Positions 38,804 to 51,977 of a DNA stretch of 64,000 bases are shown here, piece after piece (the first letter of the stretch is position 1; every line of letters begins with the position of its first letter). The stretch is from Malacoraja senta (Eukaryota). Both the position numbers and the translations under genes were made by a program. The stretch spans positions 17,114,001 to 17,178,000 of the forward strand of contig CM075990.1 of assembly GCA_038087875.1 (NCBI GenBank). The letters are read 5' to 3'. Under the pieces are notes generated by a model. It made no database searches. It saw nothing but the letters and a program-made list of their open reading frames with translations, and had not been told where the DNA came from.

Positions 38804-38885
38804 CTTTTGTTGTTGGCAGCGGGGAATTTCTCTGCGAGGTGACACACACAATGCCCATTGAGCTGGTGAACGACACTGCCAGCCA
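38804..38885 (+). pseudogene. Degenerate intronic copy of the acceptor and 5' part of exon 21
   Basis: cttttgttgttggcag|cggggaatttc...atgcccattgagctggtgaacgacactgccagcca versus 37882-37959. Confidence 0.75.
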
Positions 38886-39160
38886 ACGTTACTTTATAGG
38901 CTTTGTGTTTCTTTCTCGGCACGTCTTTGGGAGGAACCCAGAGTACGGATGTGGTAACAGGGAGAACGTGCAAACTCCACACAGACCGTGGACCCGCACA
39001 CACTGAGCACAGGGACCTGGTGTGTGAGCTTACACCATGTATTGTAGCATCTGTAAAAACATCTGGCAAACGAGCGGCCCAGATGAGCACTCTTCTGCCC
39101 TTTGTTTAAAAAAGTCTGAAGATATTATTCAATGGTTCTTATGGCTAACATAGACACAGA

Positions 39161-39800
39161 GTAAGTAAGTAAGTAAGTAAGTTTATTGGCCAAGTATTCA
39201 CATACAAGGAATTTGCCTTGGTGCTCCGCCCACAAGTAACAACATGACATACAGTGACAGTTACGAATGACTCAGAAAACACTAAACATTAATAATAATA
39301 AAACATTAATGATAAAACACCATTCATCAAGCATGTGAACCAACAAAATACCAGATCAAAGGGAGGCTACAGATTGTTGGCTGTTGAGTAGAGCAACTAC
39401 TTGTGGATAAAAACTGTTTTTATGTCTGGCTGTGGCAGCTATGACAGTCCGGAGTCGCCTTCCAGAGGGAAGTGATTCAAAGAGTTTGTGGCCAGGGTGA
39501 GAGGGGTCAGAGATGATCTTGCCCGCTCGCTTCCTGGCCCTTGCAGTGTACAGTTCATCAATGGAGGGAAGGTTGCAGCCAATAATCTTCTCTGCTGATC
39601 GGACGATTCGCTGCAGCCTCCAGGTGTCGTGCTTGGTGGCTGAGCCAAACCAGACCATGATGGAGAAGGTGAGAACGGACTCTACGATGGCCGTGTAGAA
39701 TTGGACCATCATTGCCTGTGGCAGATTGTGGTTCCTCAGCTGCCGCAGGAAGTACATCCTCTGTTGTGCCTTTTTGACTGTGGAGTCGATGGTAGCCCCC
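39161..39800 (-). mobile_element. Rex1/Babar-like LINE 3' fragment
   Basis: KKAQQRMYFLRQLR...FYTAIVESVLTFSIMVWFG...DPSHPGHKLF...LPSGRRLR; (TTAC)n tail. Confidence 0.85.
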
Positions 39801-42800
39801 CCCACTTAAGGTCCTTGGAGATGATGGAGTGCTGGAGTAACTCAGCGGGTCAGGCAGCATCTCTGGAGAACATGGATAGGTGATGTTTCACACAGTGCTG
39901 GAGTAACTCAGCGGGTCAGGCAGCATCTGTGGAGAACATGGATAGGTGACATTTCACAGAGTGCTGGAGTAACTCAGGGGGTCAGGCAGCATTGATTAGT
40001 AGCTGTGTCAGAGGTTATGGGGAGAAGACAGGAGAATGGGGTTAGGAGTGAGAGATAGATTAGCCATGATTGAATGGCGGAGTAGACTTGATGGGCTGAA
40101 TGGCCTAATTCTGCTCCTATTCCTTATGTCCTTATGACTTTATCTTTGGAGAACATGGATAGTTGACGTTTCGGATCAGGTCTCTTCTCTTCACCGCATA
40201 CGTGCAGCTGATCTGATGGTCAAACAGCCAATGATTTGGACATTTACACTAACGCGAGGGACAATGGATGCTGGAATCTGGAGCAACTAACAATCTGTTG
40301 GAGGGCAATCAGATTGAAGAAGGGTCCTGACCCAAGACGTCACTCATTCCTTCTCTCCAGTGATGCTACCTGACCCGCTGAGTTACTCCGGCATTTTGTG
40401 TCTATCTTCAGTATAAACCAGCATCTGCAGTGCCTTCCTACACAGGTTCTTATGTCTGTTGGTAAGGCAGTATTGGTATTACAATCACAATAATACTTTA
40501 TTAGCCAAGTATGTTTTGCAACATACGAGGAATTTCATTTGCCAATTCAGTCAAACAAATAAAAAGCAACGGAACACACAAAATACATTCTAACATAAAC
40601 ATCCACCACAGTGACTCCTCCACATTCCTCACTGTATTGGAATGTGAAAAAAAGTTCAATCTCTTCCCTGATCACGCTGATTGTTGCTACGCTGACTGAT
40701 TTGAAATTGTACCTGATTAGTTGGACTATTTTGAAACATCTATATTGAGCTGCTTAAGCCATTAAGTAAATGCAAGTCTTTTTTAAACATCTTTTTTTTA
40801 AATCTTTGTAAGGAAATGCTGCTGTTATAATTTGAATCCTTATGATTGCCCAATTATATAAGTATCCTGTATCATGTCGGGGGGAATCCAACCATGTACT
40901 CTTCTGTGGTTTTCTAATATTTGTATAGATACATATCTTCCAAACTGGCAATTGCTGGCAAAATCTTGGCTAATTTGTCACTGTGGTTCCAGGCGGCCCC
41001 CATTATCACCATCAGAATGGGTGGAGGGGATCAACAAATAACTCCGTGTAAGAGACTTGCTGAAGGATTGACACGGGGCCCAGGAGTTTGCAGAGATTGA
41101 TAAGGGAATTGTTTTGAAGATAATCCTTACTATTTATTTGATTGCTGTAATTAGTCCTTGGAAATTGTTCCCTTTGTCTTTAGAATGAGGTGACAAAGCG
41201 AGGTCCCAAATGCCCAGCGCAAGTGAAAGGCCCCTTGATGCAATTTGTAATGAGCGGAACTACTAAAGGCTGAGGGCCTGGACAAATTGCACAGACTAAT
41301 TTCAGCACCATTATTTACCCCATGCTGTGGCAGCATTCTGTTATAAACAAGTCATCAAGACCTTCTAGATCTTTCTGCTGAAATATTCTGAAAAGGTTTA
41401 TTTTATTGTAGCAATTACACTGTGTTCTATTCCCTTTTGAGAAAATCCTTTAATTAAAAAAACAAAGTCTATCAATACTTTATCCTGGCATGTATGAATT
41501 TATCGCACCCTTAATATTAATGTTTCCAGTTATATTGCACTGTAGTGCCAACTTGGCTCAATGGTAACACTCTAGCCTGTCAGAAAGTAGCAAATTCCAG
41601 CTGAACTCTGCGTAATCCACGAGCATCCTGGCCAGATCTTGTGTAGAACACAGAATGCTGGAGTAACTCAGCGGGTCAAACAGTATCTCTGGCGGACATG
41701 GACAGGTAATGTTTCAGGTCGGGAACCCTCGTAAGATTGATTGTCGTAGAGGGGGGAGAAAGTTGGAAAATAACTGAAGGTGGGACAAGGCACGGCAAGT
41801 GATAGATAGATTGAGCAAAGGTCTGAAGAAGGGTCTCGACCCAAAACATCACCTATTCCTTTTCTCCAGAGATGCTGCCCGACCCACTGAGTTACTCCAG
41901 CATTTTGTGTCCTTCTTCACGTGATAGATGGATACAGGTGAGGGAGATTTTGATTGGCAGATGGGTGCATAAAGGTTAGAGATGAAAAGAAAACAAAAGA
42001 CATTAGACTTTAGAGATACAACGTTGAAACAGGCCCTTCGGCCCACCGAGTCTGCACCAACCAGCGATTCCCATACACTAAAACTATCCTACACACACAC
42101 TAGGGACCATTTACAATTTTACCAAAGCTAATTCACCTACAAACCTGTACGTCTTTGGAATGTTGGAGGAAATTGGAGCACCCGTCGAAATCCCACGCGG
42201 TCACGGAGAGAAAGTACAAACTCCGTACAGACAGCACCCGTAGTCAGGATCGAACCCGGGTCTCTGGCGATGTAAGGCAGCAACTCTACCGCTGCGCCAC
42301 CGTGCCCCCCCCCTCTCCCCATAAAGGTGAGTAAAGGGGGGAAGCTGGGATGGAGAGATGGTGTTGGGACAAAGTGGCAAGTGATGGGTGGATACACGTG
42401 AGTTAGCGGCAGGGGGGTGAATGGCAGATGTGTGGAGATGGTGACAAAGGCTAGAGGTGACAAGGAGACAATAAAGATGTCAGATACCAAGTGAAGAGGA
42501 GTGGAATGTAGAGCTTATTCCACTTCTTATCTCACACCCATTTGTCCCCTTGTCTCCTTCTCATCTCTGGCCTTTGTCCACCCATCTCCCAATTAAAGAT
42601 CTCCCTCATCTGTGTCCACTTGCCAGGCGTTGCCCACCCTCACCTCTTCTCCTGTTTCCTCGCCCCGACTACAATCAGTCTGAAGAAGGGTCCTGATCCT
42701 TTCATTTCATTCCCTATTAAAGTTAGTTCCACCCTGGTCATTCCTTCTTCTCGCTGCTCCCGTCTGGAAGAAGGTACAGAAGCTTGAAAGCGCGCACCAC

Positions 42801-43152
42801 CAGACTCAGGAACAGCTTCTTCCCCTCTGTTATCAGGCTTCTGAACGGTCCTTCCATAAGCCAGGGTACTGTCCGATTCACCTCTACCGCACTGTGAAAG
42901 TGGGATAACATAGAACTAGTGTGGATGGGTGATCGATGGTCGACATGGACTTGATGGGCTGAAGGGCCTATTTACAAGCTGTATCTTTATATCAACCAAT
43001 CCAAATATGTTTTGTTTCTTTCTCTGCGGATGCTGCCAGACCTGCCGAGTGTTTATATCATTTATTTTAGACCTCCGCATACTTTTATCCTTAAACTTCT
43101 GGTTTGAAGCTGGCGATGTGTGAACACTGAACTGCCTGGGTTTATCTTTCAG

Positions 43153-43343
43153 GAGTCAGAACATTTGTTTCCAGTCCTGCTGCCAACTGCTTACAATTCC
43201 TCGGTGGTCCCGCTGTGATATTAGGCCTGGTTGCCATGGCGTCTGATGATGGGGAAATGTATGCAGCTATTAAAGTTCTGATTTCCGTTCTGAATGGCAG
43301 TACGCTCTGCGAAAGGGAGATGCGGCGTATTAAAGGCTACAGG
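43153..43343 (+). CDS. WDFY4: WDFY4 coding exon 22
   Basis: VRTFVSSPAANCLQFLGGPAVILGLVAMASDDGEMYAAIKVL...GYR|GTAAAA. Confidence 0.92.
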
Positions 43344-44735
43344 GTAAAATGACCAATTTAGAAATGATTAAATTCATATTGGCTGCCTGGGTTATTATGG
43401 AATTCTAAAAGACGTATTAATCTTCAAAGTTCATAATAATTCTGAAGGTCAATTAGAATCTGTTTATCAGTTGATTTTTGACGATAATCTTGTAAATATT
43501 GTCAGATTATTTACTTTACCAATATTGGATAATTATGACCTCAATGGAAGTCAAGTGTAAAAAAGATGATTAGAATGTTTCCCTAAAAACGGAACCCCAA
43601 CTTGCGTACAATTTTATGCATGGTATGATTTTCCTTGTGTTTTGAAGTGTTCTTGCCTATTTCTTGTCATGTACTGTCCAAGGCAAACAATGATTTATCC
43701 TTGTGAAGTTGTAATTTCCTCTTCATACCCCCTGCTCAAGATGATCCCACTAGCCATAGACACCAAATGTTGGAGTAAATCTGTGAGCCGTTGAGTTTCT
43801 CCAGCATTTTGTGTCTTTCTTCATTGTAAACTGGCATCTGCACCTACCACCAGCAACCTGCTAGCTCACTTGCCAACAGAAGTTGTCTGAGATGGTCATG
43901 TCTCGCGACCATTGTTGTTCACTCCCGGTTAAACGTCTCGACCTGAAACGTCACCCATCCCTTCTCTCCAGAGATGCTGCCTGTCCCGCTGAGTTACTCC
44001 AGCTTTTTGTGTCATTGCTGATCTCTCTTTCCCTATCTAAGGAATTATTTCTTAAAACAAGGAGGTGCCAATTTGTTCTGGTCAACCCCATCCATCGTGC
44101 CATTGCAACATGCATTTTGTACACCAAAGTCCAATGTGTGTTTCTAGACTTAAACTATCAGGAATTAAGTTATGTTGCTAATACAATGGGTCTGGGTCAG
44201 TCAATGTGAGGATACTGCTATTTGTTAGATTATTGTCTTTAGTTATACAACATACAATTATCAACTGTTAATAATACTCTTCTATTTGTTTTAATGCTTT
44301 GTAGTTCAAGTTGAACAAAATCAATGAATTGCTTCAACCCAGGGATAACAATTTGATTGGCTTCCTGGTATTGATTCGAAATTAGTTTCGAAATTAGATT
44401 CGAAATTGAGTGAATAGTCTTGCGTATAAATAATCCAAATGGAAAAGTTGAACCTTTCTGTGAGAATGTCCTAGTTATTCCTGTTGCAAAATAATCCAGT
44501 CTTCAAAATTGCCCTTGGACACTTTTAGTTTGCAGTAAATAAATATTTACATTATTTTAACTACAAAGTCTAAATGTTCTAGGTGTTTCAATGTCGAGGT
44601 AAAATACGGAAATAATTACAAGGCTTCCTATAACTTCCTTCTGACAATTAGAAGTTTTAAATAAAATTGAATTTTCCAATCATTTAAGTTCAATCATATA
44701 ATTAAAACAACACAGCAGGACAGTGGCTCAAAATA

Positions 44736-45032
44736 GGGCGGCAAGGTGGCGCAGCGGTAGAGTTGCTGCCTTACAGCATCAGAGACCCGGGTTCGATCCT
44801 ACTATGGGTGCTGTCTGTACGGAGTTTGTACATTCTGCCCCTGACCACGTGAGCTTTCTCCGGGGGCTCCGGTTTCCTCCTACATTCCAAAGATGTGCAG
44901 GTTTGTAGGTTAATTGGCTTCTGTAAATTGTCCATAGTCTGTAGGGTAGAACCAGTGTACGGGTGATTGTTGGTCTGCGTGGATTCGATGGGCCAAAGGG
45001 CCTGTTTCCACGCTGTATCTCTAAACTAAACT
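44736..45032 (+). mobile_element. tRNA-derived V-SINE (HE1-like)
   Basis: A/B boxes, V-domain, (ctaaa)n tail. Confidence 0.85.
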
Positions 45033-45216
45033 TAAGGAAGATGGTTCAAGAAATGAAAGTTGGACTATCAGGTAATTTTAATGAAAGGCTGTATATGTAA
45101 AGCTCTAATCTTTAGTTTCTGATGATCTGTCACAGTTACATTGTGCAGTGACTTTATCTCCTGCCTGTTGTGCTAACGCCAATGTGGTCACGTTTAACTC
45201 TGCCAATTCCACACAG

Positions 45217-45369
45217 CTGTTGGCGCTGCTACTTAAACGGAGAGCCCGGCTGCTGAACGCCAGGATCTTTCAGCTGGTCCTGACCATAGTTGGCACGGTG
45301 GAACTGGGCCGAGGAACGTCCACAATACACAACCAGTCTGCTTTCAGGGACCTGCTTTGTGACTTTGAG
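45217..45369 (+). CDS. WDFY4: WDFY4 coding exon 23
   Basis: LLALLLKRRARLLNARIFQLVLTIVGTVELG...LLCDFE|GTAAAT. Confidence 0.92.
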
Positions 45370-45597
45370 GTAAATGGACTTTGAAAATAATGTCAGCTAA
45401 GGCTCGTCTTGTCATTGAACCTTGAGGGTAGAAGCCATAATGACGTGGAGTGATTCTGTTTATGACAAGGAATCTGCAAATACACTCTTATAGAACATAG
45501 AGCAGTACAGGAACAGGCCCTTCGGCCCACTATATCTGTGCCAACCAAGCCCATTTTAATTAACCCTATCTGCCTGCCCACAGTTTATAACCTTCTA

Positions 45598-48500
45598 GAA
45601 AAAGGGAAGAGGTCCTGAAAGGAGAATTTAGGGAGTTAGGAGGGGAGTTAAAGAGAAGGACAGCAAAGGAAACAATCTCGGGATTACTGCCTGTGCCACG
45701 CGACAGTGAGAGTAGGAATGGAGCGAGGTGGAGGATAAATGTGTGGCTGAAGGACTGGTGCAGTGGGCATGGATTCAAGTTTCTGGATCATTGGGACTTC
45801 TTTTTGGGAAGGTGTGACCTGTACAAAAAGGACGGGTTGCACTTGAACCCGAAGGGGACCAATATCCTGGCAGGGAGATTTGCAAAGGCTACTGCGGAGA
45901 CTTTAAACAAGAACGGTTGGGGGGAGGGACTCAAATAGAGAAAGTGTGTGAGGCAGGAGGCAGAGAAGGGAAGCACTCAGACCCAACAGGTAGGGGGGAA
46001 AGAAGAAAAAAATAATAAACAGAGAATAAGAGGTGGTGGGTTTCTTAAATGTGTGAGCAGAGAGACAGAGGGGTGTAAAATGAGGGTGGAAGCAATAGGT
46101 AACAAGGTGAAAAGTAAATGCGGAAGGCAGACAAATCTAGGGCAAAAATCAAAAAGGGCCACTTTTCAACATAATTGTATAAGGGGTAAGAGCGTTGTAA
46201 AAACAAGCCTGAAGGCTTTGTGTCTCAATGCAAGGAGCATTCGTAATAAGGTGGATGAGTTGAATGTGCAGATAGCTATTAATGATTATGATATAGTTGG
46301 GAACACGGAGACATGGCTCCAGGGTGACCAAGGCTGGGAGCTAAACATCCAGGGATATTCAATATTCTGGAGGGATAGACAGAAAGGAAAAGGAGGTGGG
46401 GTAACGTTGCTGGTTAGAGAGGAGATTAACGCAATAGAAAGGAAGGACATTAGCTTGGAGGATGTGGAATCGGTATGGGTAGAGCTGCGAAACACTAAGG
46501 GGCAGAAAACGCTAGTGGGAGTTGTGTACAGGCCACCTAACAGTAGTAGTGGAGTTGGGGATGGCATCAAACAGGAAATTAGAAATGCGTGCAACAAAGG
46601 TAAAACAGTTATAATGGGTGACTTCAATCTACATATAGATTGGGTGAATCAAATTGGCAGGGGTGCTGAGGAAGAGGATTCCTTGTAATGTATGCGGGAT
46701 AGTTTTCTAAACCAACATGTAGAGGAACCAACGAGAGAGCAGGCTATTCTAGACTGGGTATTGAGTAATGAGGAAGGGTTAGTTAGCAGTCTTGTTGTGC
46801 ATGGCCCCTTGGGCAACAGTGACCATAATATGGTTGAGTTCTTCATTAGGATGGAGAGTGACATTGTTAATTCAGAAACAAGGGTTCTGAACTTAAAGAA
46901 AGGTAACTTTGAGGGTATGAAACGTGAATTGGCCAAGATTGACTGGCAATTGATTCTTAAAGGGTTGACGGTAGATATGCAATGGAAGGCATTTAAAGAC
47001 AGCATGGATGAACTACAAAAATTGTTCATCCCAGTTTGGCAAAAGAATAAATCAGGGAAGGTAGTGCATCCGTGGATAACAAGGGAAATCAGGGATAGTA
47101 TCAAAACAAAAGATGAAGCGTACAAATTAGCCAGAAGACTGCCTACCAGAGGACTGGGAGAAATTCAGAGTCCAGCAGAGGAGGACAAAGGGCTTAATTA
47201 GGAAAGGGAAAATAGATTATGAAAGAAAACTGGCAGGGAACATAAAAACTGACTGCAAACGTTTTTATAGATATGTGAAGAGAAAGAGATTAGTTAAAAC
47301 AAATGTAGGTCCCTTGCAGTCAGAAACAGGTGAATTGATCATGGGGAACAAGGACATGGCAGACCAATTGAATAACTACTTTGGTTCTGTCTTCACTAAG
47401 GAAGACATAAATAATCTGCCGGAAATAGCAGGGGACCGCGGTACAAATGAGATGGAGGAACTGAGTGAAATCCAGGTTAGCCGGGAAGTGGTGTTAGGTA
47501 AATTGAATGGATTAAAGGCCGATAAATCCCCAGGGCCAGATAGGCTGCATCCCAGAGTACTTAAGGAAATAGCCCCAGAAATAGTGGATGCATTAGTGAT
47601 AATTTTTCAAAACTCCTTAGATTCTGGAGTAGTTCCTGAGGATTGGAGGGTAGCTAATGTAACCCCCCTTTTTCAAAAGGGAGGGAGAGAGAAAACGGGG
47701 AATTACAGACCAGTTAGTCTAACATCGGTAGTGGGGAAACTGCTAGAGTCAGTTATTAAAGATGGGATAGCAGCACATTTGGAAAGTGGTGAAATCATTG
47801 AACAAAGTCAGCATGGATTTACGAAAGGTAAATCATGTCTGACGAATCTTATAGAATTTTTCGAGGATGTAACTAGTAGAGTGGATAAGGGAGAACCAGT
47901 GGATGTGTTATATCTGGACTTTCAGAAGGCTTTCGACAAGGTCCCACATAAGAGATTAGTAGACAAACTTAAAGCACACGGTATTGGGGGTTCAGTATTG
48001 ATGTGGATAGAGAACTGGCTGGCAAACAGGTAGCAAAGAGTAGGAGTAAACGGGTCCTTTTCACAATGGCAGGCAGTGAGTAGTGGGGTACCGCAAGGCT
48101 CAGTACTGGGACCCCAGCTATTTACAATATATATTAATGATTTGGACGAGGGAATTGAATGCAACATCTCCAAGTTTGCGGATGACACGAAGCTGGGGGG
48201 CAGTGTTAGCTGTGAGGAGGATGCTAGGAGGCTGCAAGGTGACTTGGATAGGCTGGGTGAGTGGGCAAATGCATGGCAGATGCAGTATAATGTGGATAAA
48301 TGTGAGGTTATCCACTTTGGTGGCAAAAACAGGAAAGTAGACTATTATCTAAATGGTGGCCGATTAGGAAAAGGGGAGATGCAACGAGACCTGGGTGTCA
48401 TGGTACACCAGTCATTGAAAGTAGGCATGCAGGTGCAGCAGGCAGTGAAGAAAGCGAATGGTATGTTATCATTCATAGCAAAAGGATTTGGGTGTAGGAG

Positions 48501-49111
48501 CAGGGAGGTTCTACTGCAGTTGTACAGGGTCTTGGTGAGACCACACCTGGAGTATTGCGTACAGTTTTGGTCTCCAAATCTGAGGAAAGACATTCTTGCC
48601 ATAGAGGGAGTACAGAGAAGGTTCACCAGATTGATTCCTGGGATGTCAGGACTTTCATATGAAGAAAGACTGGATAGACTCGGCTTGTACTCGCTAGAAT
48701 TTAGAAGATTTAGGGGGGATCTTATAGAAACTTACAAAATTCTTAAGGGGTTGGACAGGCTAGATGCAGGAAGATTGTTCCCGATGTTGGGGAAGTCCAG
48801 GACAAGGGGTCACAGTTTAAGGTTTAAGGGGAAATCCTTTAGGACCGAGATGAGAAAAACATTTTTCACACAGAGAGTGGTGAATCTCTGGAACTCTCTG
48901 CCACAGAAGGTAGTTGAGGCCAGTTCATTGGCTATATTTAAGAGGGAGTTAGATGTGGCCCTTGTGGCTAAAGGGATCAGGGGGTATGGAGGGAAGGCAG
49001 GTACGGGATACTGAGTTGGATGATCAGCCATGATCATATTGAATGGCGGTGCAGGCTCGAAGGGCCGAATGGCCTACTCCTGCACCTATTTTCTATGTTT
49101 CTATGTTTCTA
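45598..49111 (+). mobile_element. 5'-truncated CR1 LINE: end of ORF1 (esterase-like) and disrupted ORF2 (APE endonuclease + RT)
   Basis: LYKKDGLHLN (ORF1); LNARSIRNK, ETW, VYRPPN, MGDFN, GNSDH (APE); GNYRPVSLTS, YLDFQKAFDKVPH, GVPQGSVLGP, FADDTK (RT). Stops at 46686-46688 and 48031-48033, frameshift near 47140-47200, (ttctatgt)n tail. Confidence 0.96.
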
Positions 49112-49412
49112 TCTCCGGCTTGTTTATGTACTTGTCTAAATGTTTTTATCATATCTATTTCCACCACTTCCTCGCCAAATCCCTCATTGCTCTTCCCCCT
49201 CCCTCACGGCCGTTCCCTTGACGACGGCTCCTTCATTGTCCAAGAGGGAATGAAAAAGGTCCTTGATTGTGTTGGCTGAGACAGTGTGAAGTGTAGATGG
49301 AGTTGATGGAGGGGAGATGAGTCTGTGATGGATTGGGCTACTCTTCACAAAGTCTTGTGGCCTTGGGACAGATTGCTCATCTTTATTAACAGAATGATAT
49401 ATATTTTTCCAG

Positions 49413-49483
49413 ATTTGGTCGCATGCTCCTGAAAAACTCGACCTTCTGCTTCTTAGACACTTAATGGATCTTCTCAAAAGCAG
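49413..49483 (+). CDS. WDFY4: WDFY4 coding exon 24
   Basis: IWSHAPEKLDLLLLRHLMDLLKS|GTCAGG. Confidence 0.86.
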
Positions 49484-49982
49484 GTCAGGGCATTTTAATA
49501 TGATCTTTAGTCATTGCATGAAACTTAGTTTTGCTGCGTTGGACAAGTGAATCACTGATTTAATATGGGTTGATGGAAGTTCTTAAATCAAATTATCTAC
49601 AGTTTATTTTAGAGATACAGTGTGGAAACAGGCCCTTTGGCCCACTGAGTCTGCACTGACCAGTGATCACCTTTACACTAGTTGCATCCTTCACACGAGG
49701 GACAATTTACAGAAACCCATTAACCTACAAACCTGCATGTCTTTGGAATGTGGGAGGAAACCGAAGCACCCGGAGAAAACCCACGCAGTCACACTATCAC
49801 CCACTTTAGTGTCATCTACAAACTTTCTATTCGTATCCTCTACATTCTCATCCATGATTTAAACCACAGACAACAATGGTTCCAGCACCGATCCGCATCT
49901 GCAGTTCCATCATACAGTACACTTATCAAATGTCTTGCTGAAATCCATATAGATAACCTCTCCTACTTTGTCCTCAATAATT

Positions 49983-50288
49983 TGGTGGCGCAGCGGTAGA
50001 GTTGCTGCCTTACAGCGAATGCAGCGCCGGAGACCCGGGTTCGATCCCGACTACAGGTGCTGTCTGTACGGAGTTTGTACGTTCTCCCCGTGACCTGCGT
50101 GGATTTTCTGAGATCTTCGGTTTCTTCCCACACTCCAAAGACGTACAGGTTTGTAGGTTAATTGGCTCGGTAAATGTAAAAAATGTCCCTAGTGGGTGTG
50201 GGATAGTGTTAGTGTGCGGGGTTTGCTGGTCGGCGCGGACCCGGTGGGCCGAAGGGCCTGTTTCCGCGCTGTATCTCTAAACTAAACT
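49983..50288 (+). mobile_element. tRNA-derived V-SINE (HE1-like)
   Basis: tggcgcagcgg A box, ggttcgatccc B box, V-domain, (ctaaa)n tail. Confidence 0.88.
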
Positions 50289-50472
50289 CTTGCTTGTTTC
50301 TTGGTTGTGTTTTGTTCTTATCCCTGAAAACTTACTATCAGGATTACTCTAGTTTTCTGCCTTGTAACTAATGGCCTGGGGTTTGGATAATGTCAAGGAA
50401 TGGCCGAATGGTGCAGTGAATATTCTGAAACTATCGCTTTGCAACTTCACGATGTGTCTTGTTTCTCCTCAG

Positions 50473-50634
50473 TGATGGAGGCAGAAATGCAGAAGTGATG
50501 CGCAGGCTTCACGTGGCACAGAGACTTGTATTTCTCTTGAATGACCCAAACAATACCAGAACCAAGGTTCATCTCATACAAACTATCCTTGCAGATCTGC
50601 TGAAGAATTCCTTCAGTATGACAGATTTTCTCAG
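50473..50634 (+). CDS. WDFY4: WDFY4 coding exon 25
   Basis: DGGRNAEVMRRLHVAQRLVFLLNDP...FSMTDFLR|GTACTG. Confidence 0.9.
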
Positions 50635-51387
50635 GTACTGTTTGCTTTCTTTGTGAATTTATGCTCTTGTTGTTTTTGTATAAATGTTTTATTTCAGTCA
50701 GATCAAAATCTTCTTGGTTAGAGACACAGCACGGAACCAGGCCCTTCGGCCCACCGTGTCCACGCCGACCATCGATCACCCGTACACACTAGTTCCATGT
50801 TATCGCACTTAACCTACAAACCCACAAATCTTTGGGATGTGGGAGGAAACCGGAGCACCCGTAGGAAGCCCACATAGTCACAAGGAGAACGTGCAAACTC
50901 CACACAGACAGCACACCAATGACAGGATTGAACCTGGGGCTCTGGAGGTGGGTGGTGCTGTACCAGCTGCACCATTGTTCTGCCCTTAATTAGGAATAAT
51001 TCTTTCAAAACAATCTTGTCATTTATATCTTCTTATTTGACGTACCACAGTGCAACACCTCTCACTAGTCAAGGTAATGTTATTTTTTGGCAGCCAGTGA
51101 AACGACTAACATACATTGTGATGAAATAGTAGCATAAATAGAGACACACTTAATAATAATAATAATAATAATAATTCATTTTATTTGCTGGCGCCTTTCT
51201 AGACACCCAAGGACACCTTACAGGACATAAAATCACATAAGAAACACATAATCGGAATAAAATAAATTACAAAGACACCACAATACACAAATCAAGGACA
51301 GAATTCACTCCAAAAGCACAAAAAGAAAATCAGAAACACAATTTGAATGTTAATTACATTTGAAATATTGAATATTCTGTGTTAAAG

Positions 51388-51479
51388 GATTGGCCTATTT
51401 CTCACCTACACATTGCCTCCAGCATCTATGAATGAGACGTTTATTTCACTGGAGAGAGTTTCCGATACTTCAATAGATG
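51388..51479 (+). CDS. WDFY4: WDFY4 coding exon 26
   Basis: IGLFLTYTLPPASMNETFISLERVSDTSID|GTGAGA. Confidence 0.88.
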
Positions 51480-51576
51480 GTGAGACTTTTCTAATTTATT
51501 CCACAGAATTGTATGTGAAAGTATGTGCTTTACTAAACCCAGTCTCCCTCCCTCTCACTTCCCTTGTTATTTGAAG

Positions 51577-51676
51577 TCATAAATCAAGTTAGTGGAAGAA
51601 CAATATGGTTAAGAAATCAGCTGCTGAAGATGCTGCTGGATATCTCGTGTGTTGATCACCTCACCCTCAGTGCAAG
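51577..51676 (+). CDS. WDFY4: WDFY4 coding exon 27
   Basis: INQVSGRTIWLRNQLLKMLLDISCVDHLTLSA|GTAGTT. Confidence 0.9.
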
Positions 51677-51771
51677 GTAGTTGTCCCTTTGGAAATGTAT
51701 TCATTTTTAAAATAAATGCTCTAATCCACCAAACTAAATGCTCTAATTTTCCCCCATGTTGTTTCCGTCAG

Positions 51772-51977
51772 AGACCGGGAGAAAATGTTCACATCGCTGG
51801 GGCCAGATTGGTTCTTTCTCTTCTTGCAAGATCATCTCCACCCGACCACGGTGATCCTGAGTGCCAGACTGATGCTGAATTTCCTGTACGATCCCGCGCT
51901 GCTGGCCAGGTTCAGAGACGGCATGGCAGGAAATGTCTGGTTGGGAAACAGCACGGCAGAGTGCAATATCTTAATGG
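51772..51977 (+). CDS. WDFY4: WDFY4 coding exon 28
   Basis: DREKMFTSLGPDWFFLFLQDHLHPTTV...RFRDG...CNILM|GTAATG. Confidence 0.92.

Noticed and set aside
44373..44408. Three 12-bp units containing TTCGAA (heat-shock-element-like)
   Set aside because: Short slippage repeat; spacing does not give contiguous nGAAn arrays and there is no other support.
45948..49014. Active autonomous LINE or domesticated RT gene
   Set aside because: 5'-truncated with two stops and a frameshift in ORF2.
49983..50055. tRNA gene-like A/B boxes
   Set aside because: Head of a V-SINE continuing into the V-domain and tail; not a standalone tRNA.
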